A DNA stretch of 64,000 nt, from contig CM120643.1 in NCBI GenBank assembly GCA_051362555.1, positions 24,122,848 to 24,186,847 on the forward strand, given 5' to 3'. Of the stretch, positions 28,140 to 38,324 are shown piece by piece. Position numbers and translations under genes: made by a program. The stretch comes from Lingula anatina (Eukaryota > Animalia > Brachiopoda). Position 1 is the stretch's first letter. Every line of letters begins with the position of its first letter. The notes beneath the pieces were generated by a model that was not told where the DNA came from, made no database searches, and saw only the letters and a list, made by a program, of their open reading frames with translations.

Positions 28140-31100
28140 ATGCGGGTGTGGTTAAATGGACTTGGCAAAGGTCTGGATCTTTTTGTCTGTTATACAGGTA
28201 TATGATGGTGGTTATACACCTATTCAATTCTTTGTCATTAAACATGACCAGTAGACTTCCAGATGGTCAGTATGATACAGGTTTATGTTAGGTCTTTATT
28301 AGGCGGTCTGAAACACTAGTGAATAAACAATATGATACTATATTTTCATATTGGAATTTCAGTCTGTCGTCTGCCAGTTGCTACAGATTTCTACCAAGAT
28401 GGTAACCTGACCATAAAGGACCTTCCCCCAGGATTGGTGGTGAATGCCTGGAATGGCACTGAAGACATGGACTGCACATGGGAAATATTTGTCAGACCAG
28501 GACAGAGAGTAAGATAGAGTCTGGATCCAAAAATTCCTGGGAAGGGGCATTTTTTCCATCCCAGCCCTTCCGTCACCCTTAATTATAATATGTAAGATCC
28601 CTGCATGTATCCTCAAAATTGATCCACTGACAGAAATAGAAAGAAATAAAGGAAAAGGAAAACAACATACCTACAAACAAAGGGACACTTTTTTTATAAC
28701 TTGGACTCAATATACTATAAAAATATACAGGAACATGACATAAAAATAAGAACAGATTTTACTTCATGTAGGTCTTCCAAAGCTGTTTAGCAAATGATTA
28801 TATCAGGATCATGTCTAAATGATCACTTAATTGGTAAAAAAATGTGTTTGTTTCTTTAAGGTCCATCTGAAAGTTAGTTCTTTTGAAATGAAGAACCCTC
28901 TGGAATGTTCACTGAATTTTCTGGAAATATATGATAGGACAACAAGCATCCATCACAGGGAACGTCAGTTCTGTACTCCATCTTCAGGAGAGTACAAATC
29001 TGGAAGTAACAGAGTGTACTTACGTTTCCACTTACACAGGAACATCATAAGTGAATTTAAAGTGGATTATACTATATTTGAATACGGTAAGTTAATAAGA
29101 GGTGGGAATGTCTTCCCACAGTCTGCAAATCTTTTCAAAGGGCATGAAAGAGACAATCCATATTACAAGTATTTTTTGTTAAAAATGGAAATGTAAGTAA
29201 ATAAAGTCTCCTGAGGCCATTCTTTCTAGACGTATTCCAATACCTCACATTTCCTCCTAATAAAAAAGACATTTTAGCAGAACCGTTTCAGTCTAAGAGT
29301 CATTGATTTTGTTTAAAATTTCTATGAATAGATTTAAAGCGAAAGATTGTGATTTTATTGAAGAATAATTCAATCAAGCTCAGTTGTAGCCAATTTATCA
29401 CAAAAGCAATCAGCAAAAATTCAATTTTACAAGTATGAGTCATACAGTTGCTGTTCTTTGTGGTAGTTGAGACTGGAACACAATGTCTTTTCTTCACAGC
29501 ACTTATACAGTAACTTCAAATAATAAAAGTAATTTTTTCTTTGAAAAGTGGAAGGGATAACAACTGTTCATTTTGGCCAAAATAAGGATTTTCCTGGGGC
29601 AAATGGCACTTTTCCCATACTTGTCAGTGGCTAATGAATCTGTTATGACATTCAAAAATAGTCTTTTTTTTTTTGTAAAAATCTTTTAAGAGAAGATTGT
29701 AGGTATAGCCATCTATAAAGGTCACATGGTCCAATGGCAAGCACAGATTCCAAAATAATTCAATAACCACGGTTTTCATGTTAAATTGGAATTTATATTA
29801 TTTATGGAATTTATATTATATTTCTATGAGTTGCTTACAATGTATTTATTGTGCAATATGAATCTCACACGAACAGTTGTTAGCCCTTTAGTTGTGAGTT
29901 AATTTCAGATGTTTTAACATTAAAATAGTTTTTTTTAGAAAACAATATTAACACTTCATGGAACGACATATCTTTGAAACAATTGGTGTTTAAAATTTGC
30001 AAGCAATTATATGTATTACAATGTGTTCCATGATTCCCAATTTTTCAGGTCCATGCAGGGACAGCCTGTTTGACTGTGGAGACCAGACCTGTATAAGCCC
30101 TACCTTGAAGTGTAATGGCAGGATTAACTGTAACTTCTCCTATGATGAAATGAAGTGTAAAAAAGGTAATGACCAGGTTCCTTGAACTTTTTTCATCAAC
30201 TTTTTCTCACCAATGTCTGTGCTAACTGCTCAATATTTACAAGAGGCCTGGCATATGGGTGAGGACTTTAAAGAAAAAATAATTACAGAATTACAGAAAT
30301 GTGCAAAGAGAGATATAATTGGGAATATCTAGTGAAAAATGTCCCTTTGGCCCTGGTAAAAGGTAGCAGTTCACCCTTTTATAAAAAATATTTTATATAC
30401 TGAGTTCAGGCCAGTAAGAGTTGGATGGGAAGCGGGGTGGATTTCAACAAATCCACCACTTTGGCAGGGAAAAAGGTCAACTCTGTATCAAAATTTATTC
30501 CAGGTTCTAGGTTAAATGAGTGATTAAAGTTTCAGAAAAAATCTCCCATTTGAAATAGCAGGCTACAGGTCCAGAGCTTAATCAAAAGGCTACCATATTA
30601 AAAGTTTTTCAGCTTATTGAACTTATTTGTCTCTGTTATATATTGTCAGCACTGTAAATGAAGCCAAGTTCAACCTAAGCTTTTTAAAAATATAATTTCA
30701 GAGGAAGACAGCCTTACAACTCCACTAGAAATGAAATACCATGCTGTGATACTGGGAGTGGTTGGAGGTTTACTAGTTATCATAGTGGCAGTATCCATTT
30801 GTCTCACAGTAAGACATAGGCGTGAGGAGGCCAGGCTTCGGCAAAAATTACGTGAACGAGTTGTATTAGACCCAGTGGAGATTCAGAAGCTACTGCTAAC
30901 AAACATGAATGAAGTTATTGTCCCAAATACTCCAACTGGGCTGCTAGATGAGGAGAGTGCACTAAAAGTTTCAAGACGTTTTCACAGTGATGACATTACA
31001 GCTGTTAAGCGGAATGGTGTCTTTCATATCTCTCTGGGAAACCCATCCTCACAAACATCCAGTAGAGGGCGAGGTAACCAAGAGGAGCTGGTCCCAGAAA

Positions 31101-31843
31101 AAGATGACTCTGATTATGAGACTGAAGAAATGGCATGTGGGAATAAATATGAAAGCTCTGAGAGCATCTCAAGAATACTTGATGAAGCAAATGGCAATGG
31201 ATCTTCAAGAAACGCAACTCCTCGCAAAGTTCCAACTGTTGTGTGTATAGAAACACCACCAAGACAGGCTTCTCTAGATAAAGCTGTAAGTGATCCCATG
31301 TTAAGTACAACATCATCTGTTATATCAAATAACACACAGAGAACAAGCCCTAGCCCCCCACCTCCACCTCTTCCTTCAACACAGGTGCCCCAGTCACAAA
31401 GTGGTAACAACAGTAACCGCCAAAGTCCAGCACGCAGTCCTGGTCGAGGTGGAAGGCGGCGAAGGCGAAGTAAGAAAAGTGACAGAAATAGAGTTGATGC
31501 AAATAAAAATAATCCAGAGGTCATAGCAATGATCACTTTAAATGACCAGGATGTTCAAAAGGATTCACAGCAAGGACCCACTACTTCTACCCCCAAACAG
31601 ACATCTCTTCCTGACAAAAAGCAAAGCAATAAGTATGACAATCCTAGACTGAAACTCAGTGATAATCACAGCAGGCGAGGTCCACCAAGTCCAAAGCCTG
31701 ATGTGGTACAGGACGAAAGAGTTTGGGAACGAAGCAGGGGCAATGTAACAATACCAAACACAACAACCGATGCCGATGTAACAGTTCGCGCGCCACCTAC
31801 ATCACAGAGCTTAAAACAATCTCACTCTGGACAGCCAGTGTGA
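6172..31843 (+). CDS. Neto: Neuropilin-and-tolloid-like protein (signal peptide, CUB, CUB, LDLa, TM, long cytoplasmic tail); probable ionotropic glutamate receptor auxiliary subunit, ~756 aa
   Basis: Phase-consistent GT-AG exons: 6172-6352 (hydrophobic signal YYYLLLFLLTSVHLWG), 22063-22233 (EFYSPNFPNNYDNGTTC), 26959-27216 ([24 protein letters not shown]...FETDGTIEYKGFQAVY, CUB1), 27659-27688 (30-nt microexon), 28363-28508 (DCTWEI), 28861-29086 (CSLNFLEIYD...FC...SNRVYLRF, CUB2), 30049-30165 (C..FDCGDQTCISPTLKCNGRINC..DEMKC, LDLa), 30702-31843 (TM AVILGVVGGLLVIIVAVSICL plus tail). The architecture matches the NETO/Neto/SOL-2 family. Confidence 0.85.
8357..8525. mobile_element. Palindromic MITE; a related shorter copy lies at ~62825-62897
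   Basis: AACTTCACGGGGACTCT...TGCAATCAGATTACCAGATTAACACGCCTCC pairs with GGAGGTGTATTAATCTGTTAATCTGATTGCA...AGAGTCCTCGTGGAGTT. Confidence 0.7.
8526..8927. mobile_element. Two tandem copies of a palindromic MITE family (same family as 57961, 58474, 61894)
   Basis: Near-identical blocks 8548-8709 and 8761-8927 (CTGGGGGTTCACGCTAAATAGCTGTCAG...AATTACCCCCTTACAGCTT...TAGTGAGACTCCCCGCGGGGATAGATCGATC...GGGAATRCAGCCT). Confidence 0.75.
8973..9131. mobile_element. Short hAT-like MITE with 5-bp TSD
   Basis: CACCC|CAGGCCTGTAG...GTACGGGCCTG|CACCC shows short TIRs and a perfect 5-bp direct repeat. Confidence 0.7.
9335..9601 (+). mobile_element. GC-rich hAT-like MITE
   Basis: TIR CAGTGGCGGAT / ATCCGCCCCTG, internal hairpin GGGGGTCAGG...CCTGACCCCC, flanks TATCA / TATTA. 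Homologous to 13460-13687 in the opposite orientation. Confidence 0.75.
10888..12340 (-). mobile_element. Internally deleted, decayed Gypsy-type LTR retrotransposon nested in the TIR element
   Basis: Diverged ~215-bp direct repeats (LTRs) at ~10888-11101 and ~12118-12340. Primer-binding site TGGCGACGAGGAT (- strand, 12104-12116) follows the 5' LTR. Polypurine tract AAGAAAGGAAGGGA (- strand, 11102-11115) directly precedes TG of the 3' LTR. Frameshifted gag-like (FKLFADGK, RRALMLYSAG, DIFRTL), zinc-knuckle remnant (DHFAKLCK) and aspartic-protease motif (VLPDSGAYCNII) are present. Confidence 0.8.
11250..12020 (-). pseudogene. Degenerate retrotransposon gag-protease fragment
   Basis: ORF 11337..11630 contains HFAKLCK and LSVLPDSGAYCNIIDENTWRMLK (retropepsin DSG motif). 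Upstream frames give gag-like peptides broken by frameshifts and stops. No RT or integrase. Confidence 0.7.
13460..13687 (-). mobile_element. GC-rich hAT-like MITE, inverted relative of 9335-9601
   Basis: CAGGGGCGGATCCAGGATTATTTGAAGGGG...GGGGGTCAGGACTCCCCTGACCCCCCTCTAAATCCGCCACTG is a diverged reverse complement of the 9335 copy. Confidence 0.75.
27387..27434. repeat. (TA)n microsatellite
   Basis: Visible directly in the sequence. Confidence 0.95.
28065..28140. repeat. Interrupted (TG)n microsatellite
   Basis: Visible directly in the sequence. Confidence 0.9.
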
Positions 31844-32911
31844 CACGCTTTGAGTGAATGGTCTGGTGACCATTGAAAAAAACCTGGCATCTACACCCAT
31901 AGTTTCTGTGCTTGTGGGCTATCTGTGTTTAATTTGCTGCTGTCACCATTATCTTAGGGCTCATAGACAGCAATGATCTAACACCAGGCTCTAGATCAAG
32001 GAGTTCCAAAATGCACAGACCAAGTAATATTGATAAAGCTCACAGTAATGTGATCAAGGCCCTTTGATGAAGGGTCAAAATGTCATTACTTGGCTTATGA
32101 GTCTCCTGATTTATATATAATTATATGGTAATTAATCTTTTTTTTACCAATAGTGTCTGGAAGAAATTCTCCAACGTTGGCACATGACACTAAGTGTGAA
32201 GTGTGAACAGCAAAAAAGGAAAAAGGAATATTGAAAAAGGAAAATACGAAATGTAACTTAATTTTCTTAAGGTCTTTGAAAATATTCCAGAGATAAGTGG
32301 TCTTTTGGCTGAATGGGACCCTTTTATTCTTTCATTTTCCTGATCACGTGACCTCCATTTTAGTTAATTCTTAGTTATTTCATGCTGCCAACTTCAAAAG
32401 ACAACATACATGTATATGGGACATCAGTGCCAGATTTCTAAGAAAATGTGATAAGGGTAATATAATATCCTTACATTTAGTAGGTGGACTTCCATTAACT
32501 TAGTCTTTTGAAAGGCTCTCAACAACCATTCTTAATGCAATCCATCATTCTCTGAGGAAAGGGTTTCAAAATCAAAAAGATGCCAAGGTGATCCTTGGTG
32601 ATCTATGGACTTTTTCTGCTTGGGTGTTGTCCAGATAGTTCATTTTACCTAGAAATGACAGTCTTGTCCAAAAGCAATGACAATAGAGGTGATAATTTAG
32701 TAATAACATTTGGCAAAACATAAAAGCCACAGAGAGATCAGCATACAATAAAATCAGATTATAGAGTCCCCCAAGAGTCTGGCTTGAAAAGTGATTTTGA
32801 GTGTTTCTTGATCAACACCTCCAGTCTAGAAAGATACTCTGTCTGGTCAAACTGTAAACAGTAGTTGGAATTAAGCAAAGCAGCAGGTAAAAATTTAAAG
32901 GCATATGTATA

Positions 32912-33060
32912 GCTGATGGTACCCTGAGCATCAGAACCTAAATAGAGAATGTGGTTACCTGATGGTAACATGAGCATGAGACCTGAAAAAGGGCACATCG
33001 TTACCTGATGGCACCCTGAACATCAGAACTTGAAGAGAGAATATGGTACCTAATGGTAAT
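32912..33060. repeat. Degenerate ~46-bp tandem repeat (about 3 units) downstream of the Neto stop codon
   Basis: (TTAC)CTGATGGYAMCCTGARCATCAGAAC-like motif recurs at ~32912, 32958, 33004, 33049. Confidence 0.6.
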
Positions 33061-33527
33061 AGCCAGGTCTAATGTAAGATCCACAGCTACTGAGAGTGTC
33101 TTTACTCACATTTCACAAATCCAATTTCCAGGCATCTTACTACAAGGTACTGAAATAGGTTTACGTTATACCTAATTTGAATGGAAATTTGTATTATTTG
33201 ATTCTGATGTGAATGGAAATATACTTCAGTTAAAGTACTTAAGTTAAACTGAATCTTTGTATTCAGAGCCATGTACAACTGAAAGCATTTCTTTTTTCTG
33301 CTAGTACATTTGCGTCAAGGAATATTGAATCAACAAATTTTTGTCAAGTATTATATATTATTATTAAGTATGAATTCTATATAAATAATCTGAAATCAAC
33401 TGAATTTGTTGGATCCAATTTCCATGTAAATATGTGTTGTTATGCATACATTTCATTGATAAAAAAACCCAAATGAAAACATACTGAATAAATACCTAGA
33501 GATGTTAAAATCACTTTAATGGATGTA

Positions 33528-36500
33528 TTTATTGTACCACCAGCGTAGGCGCTGGCGGTACACATGGTTTTAGTCCCGACCCGTATGTTCCGCCGGCTCC
33601 GCCGGCTCCTGCGGCTCCTGCGGCTCCGCCGCCAAGTCACCGTTACCGCTTCTCCTCCTAGACGGTAAGGGCCTCCATACCCATCTCTTGGATTTAGGTC
33701 ACCTATAATCTCAACTCGTTCCACGTAAAATTTGGGCTTTGTCGGTATTGGGGTCTAGGTGTGGCACTCATTGCAATGCACCCTTGTCCAAAATTGGCAA
33801 AATTAAATGCTAATTATCTCCCCTACAGAAGGAATTATGGGAAAAATTTCTACAGACAGCTTTCCAAAAGTCATATGTGTAGATTTCAAATATGCCCTTG
33901 GATGTGACCTTTGACCTTTATTTTAAGGTCAAACAGGCCAAAATTTTCAAAAAAACAAAATTTTTGCCGAAAAAAAAATTATTTGCGGTCTTATTCAGAC
34001 ACCACACAGACTTAACTAATAATATTAATGGAAAGTGTTACCCTTCAGGTCATCTTTCATCTCCGTGAATTTGGGGTCAATCGGTGCATTTTCACGAGAG
34101 TAGCGGCCATAAGATATCGAAACTGAAAACTGTCTCTAATTCGGGAACCGTTAATGCTAGACACCCATTCTTTTTTGCATTTTGTAGAGCATGTAAAGCC
34201 CAACACTGGAGGTGGTCTCCGTTTTTTTGTATTCCATACGGTTTTCGAGGTACGCTGTATCAAAAAGTACATATTGGTGGTGAAAGCAAAATGTGCAGTA
34301 CGGTAATGGATAATAAATTTTGAACTCCGGAAAAATAAAACATAAGGCTTGGCAAAGCAGACAACTTGTGGTCAAAAATGACATTATTTCATCAAATTTG
34401 AACATCTGGAACTTCAGAGCACCTCCCATTTCAAGAATTTTGACCAAAATGACCTTTTCTTTATTTTAATTAATTTTTTTTGTAGGAAATTTATGGCACA
34501 TTATGGTAACTCCAAAATTATAACATTTAGTCCCTTATATCTCCAAAACTGGCAGAGATAGGTCCATAGTTACTATTGAACTTGAATAGGAAGTCATACA
34601 CTGGCAATCTAAATGTGACCTTAAAATTGACCTTTGACCTACTTTTCACCATGAACTGAACTTTGCAAATTTTGCTTCCTTTTTATCTCCAAAACTGGCA
34701 GAGATAGGTCCATAGTTTCTATTGAACTTGAATAGGAAGTCATATACTGGCAATCTAAATGTGACCTTAAAATTGACCTTTGACCTACTTTTCACCATGA
34801 ACTGAACTTTGCAAATTTTGCTTCCCTTTTATCTCCAAAACTGGCAGAGATAGGTCCATAGTTACTATTGAAGTTGAATAGGAAGTCATATACTGGCAAT
34901 CTAAATGTGACCTTAAAATTGACCTTTGACCTACTTTTCACCATGAACTGAACTTTGCAAATTTTGCTTCCCTTTTATCTCCAAAACTGGCAGAGATAGG
35001 TCCATAGTTACTATTGAACTTGAATAGGAAGTCATATACTGGCAATCTAAATGTGACCTTAAAATTGACCTTTGACCTACTTTACACCATGAACTGAATT
35101 TTGCAAATTTTGCTTTCCTTTTATCTCCAAAACTGGCTGAGATAGGTCCGTAGTTACTATTGAACTTGAATAGGAAGTCATATACTGGCAATCTAAATGT
35201 GACCTTAAAATTGACCTTTGACCTACTTTTCACCATAAACTGAACTTTGCAAATTTTGCTTTCCTTTTATCTCCAAAACTGGCTGAGATAGGTCCGTAGT
35301 TACTATTGAACTTGAATAGGAAGTCATATACTGGCAATCTAAATGTGACCTTAAAATTGACCTTTGACCTACTTTTCACCATGTACTGAACTTTGCAAAT
35401 TTTGATTCCCTTTTATCTCCAAAACTGGCAGAGATAGGTACATAGTTACTATTGAAGTTGAATAGGAAGTCATATACCAGCAATCCAAATGTGACCTTAA
35501 AATTGACCTTTGACCTACTTTTCACCAAGAACTGAACTTTGCAAATTTTGCTTCCCTTTTATCTCCAAAGTTACGCTGTATCAAAAAGTCATATTGGTGG
35601 TGAAAGCAAAATGTGCAGTACGGTAATGGATAATAAATTTTGAACTCCGGAAAAATAAAACAAAAGGCTTGACAAAGCAGACAACTTGTGGTCAAAAATG
35701 ACATTTCATCAAATTTGAACATCTGGAACTTCAGAGCACCTCCCATTTCAAGAATTTTGACCAAAATGACCTTTTCTTTATTTTAATAAATTTTTTCTGT
35801 AGGAAATATATGGCACATTATGGTAACTCCAAAATTAAAACATTTAGTCCCTTATATCTCCAAAACTGGCAGAGATACGTCCATAGTTACTATTGAAGTT
35901 GAATAGGAAGACATATACTGGCAATCTAAATGTGACCTTAAAATTGACCTTTGACCTACTTTTCACCATGAACTGAACTTTGCAAATTTTGCTTCCCTTT
36001 TATCTCCAAAACTGGCAGAGATAGGTCCATAGTCTCTATTGAACTTGAACAGGAAGTCATATACTGGCAATCTACATGTGACCTTAAAATTGACCTTTGA
36101 CCTACTTTTCACCATGAACTGAACTTTGCAAATTTTGATTCCCTTTTATCTCCAAAACTGGCAGAGATAGGTCCATAGTCTCTATTGAAGTTGAATAGGA
36201 AGTCATATACTGGCAATCTAAAAGTGACCTTAAAATTCACCTTTGACCTACTTTTCACCATGAACTGAACTTTGCATAGTTTGCTTCCCCTTTATCTCCA
36301 AAACTGGCAGAGATAGGTCCATAGTTACTAATGAACGTGAATAGGAAGTCATATACTGGCAATGTAAGTGTGACCTTGAAATTGACCTTTGACCTACTTA
36401 TTATCATGAACTGAACTCTGCTAATTTCTTTCTCTTTTAACTCCAAACCTGGCAGAGATAGGCCCATAGTTACGATTGAAGTTGAATAGGAAGTCATATA

Positions 36501-36757
36501 CTGGCAATTTACTGTGACCTTGGAATTGACCTTTGACCTACCTTGCGATGAACTTAACTTTGATTGTACCATTTTTAGTAATATATATATTTTTTGCATA
36601 TTTTAAAAATTCTTGTTGATTGCATTTTTACAGCTTGTCAAGCACAAGACTGGTGGCTGTGTTCCTTATTTTGTATATGTGGGGGTCTATATGAATGCGC
36701 TTGCTCCAGCTGGTGGTACAATATTCGGAGGCGGTATCGCCTCTCTGATCCTCTAGT
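33528..36757 (+). mobile_element. Non-autonomous Helentron-like element (HINE/DINE-1-like) carrying a tandem-repeat array
   Basis: Subterminal inverted repeats ATTGTACCACCAGC (33531-33544) and GCTGGTGGTACAAT (36709-36722). 5' palindrome GTACCACCAGCgtagGCGCTGGCGGTAC. 9-bp GC-rich microsatellite (CCGCCGGCT-like) at 33590-33630. 3' hairpin GGAGGCGGTATCGCCTCT (36727-36744), terminal CTAG, T-rich flanks. Confidence 0.82.
34539..36545. repeat. 146-bp tandem satellite array (~12 units in two blocks) inside the Helentron-like element
   Basis: Unit start ATCTCCAAAACTGGCAGAGATAGGTCCATAG recurs at ~34539, 34685, 34831, 34977, 35123, 35269, 35415. After a duplicated ~290-bp spacer (34251-34538 ~ 35572-35855) it recurs at ~35856, 36002, 36148, 36294, 36440. 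Confidence 0.95.
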
Positions 36758-38324
36758 TTAGGATGGAAACATGCAACTTAAACATTTTAAGTCTGAGTCA
36801 TTTCATTGTGTTGATGAACTGCATTAAGTTCGTTTCTGGTTTGTTTGTGATATATTGATGCACACATTAGAATTCCAGAACTTGTTAACCTTTTTGTACT
36901 TCCCAAATTAAATTTTATACAATAAAATAAATGGGGGAATCACCAGTGTTACTATTTATTTTTAATCCTTCCTTTTCTCTTAACTTTCATACACTTGTTT
37001 ATGCACTCTAATACTAATACATATAATAGTAATTCTTTTTTTTTTTTTTAACATACTTAAGCTGGATTTTACAGTTAACTTACTGCTAACCCAGTTGGTG
37101 CGTAACAACATCTACTCACCAGTCTGATAAATGCCTCTGAGGAAAATATCCAGCTTGTGTTAAAAAAGTTACTATTATGTGATTCAACCACCAGCCTAAT
37201 AAACATTTTTACTTATTAATATTTTTAAATAAAATATTTACTTCTTAAGCTTGATATCCTTGATATTCAAAATATAAAAACAAAGAAGGAAAGTTTAATC
37301 CCATATATGAGGTATAACGTTTATCTTGTGGAAAGAAAAAAATGAGTAAGACTCCTATTATACTACAAAAAATATAATTAATATATGATATAATATGCAT
37401 TATCATCAATATAACAGTAAATTAAACACAACTGGGAAGGACTACAGATAGATAAAACATATTGCAAAACAATCTAATATGGTCTCTTGTATAATTATGT
37501 TACATTTCACCTAATGGAAATGATAACTAGAGAATAATTGATGTTAATGATATTGAGGACATTTCTCTCCTCTTGATACTATCAAAGCAACCCTTAAAAT
37601 AGAGAACTTTTTGTTGCTTTCTTTGTGCATTTGTTTTTCTTAAATATGGATCCTATAGTTCCACATAAACAAATAACACACCTTTAAATAAAATCTGTTG
37701 CCTTAAAGTTTGCTTTCAAAGCCATATATATGAGGTGATTATATTAACCTAGTTTATGCTTACGCAAAAATAGAGAAATCATGAAGAATTCTAAAATAAA
37801 TAATAACTCAAGGTTTTACATTAGAAAAAAAATGTTTCAACACATCAGCAATTTCCTATTTATCACAATTCATACAAAGCTTGGTCATGAATCACCACAA
37901 AATATTTCACTCCAAGCCCAAGTTATTTCTTGATGTCAAGGCATCACTCCATCTCATCACGGCGCCATTGGATAATGTCCCAGTTATATATGGGTAAGTT
38001 TTCAGGATTTTCAGTCTTAATTTTGATTGATTTTTATGTATGGTCTAAATGCGATGAGAAATTTTGAGTTAAAACTTTCACCCCTGGTGCTATCATAGTG
38101 ACCCTTTAAATTTGAAAGTGTTTATTGTCCCTTACTATAACTATTATCCACAGCCAGGTGGTCGTCTGTGGGCTATATCAATTTTCACCATTTTTACTTT
38201 TACCAATCCTCTACAGTTCTTGTAATAGGATAAGGTATTAAGGTGTCATATTTTTAAAAAGTTTTTTTTTTTATATTGTCCTTTATCATCAATAAAATTG
38301 TGACCTGCAGTGATCTCTGATCGT

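Noticed and set aside
31005-31536. Antisense ORFs of 103 and 140 aa over the last Neto exon
   Set aside because: They are shadow frames of a real coding exon with no independent evidence.
34539-36545. Regularly spaced repeats suggestive of a CRISPR array (also 52177-52751)
   Set aside because: The units are contiguous tandem copies with no unique spacers, there are no cas genes, and the context is eukaryotic.
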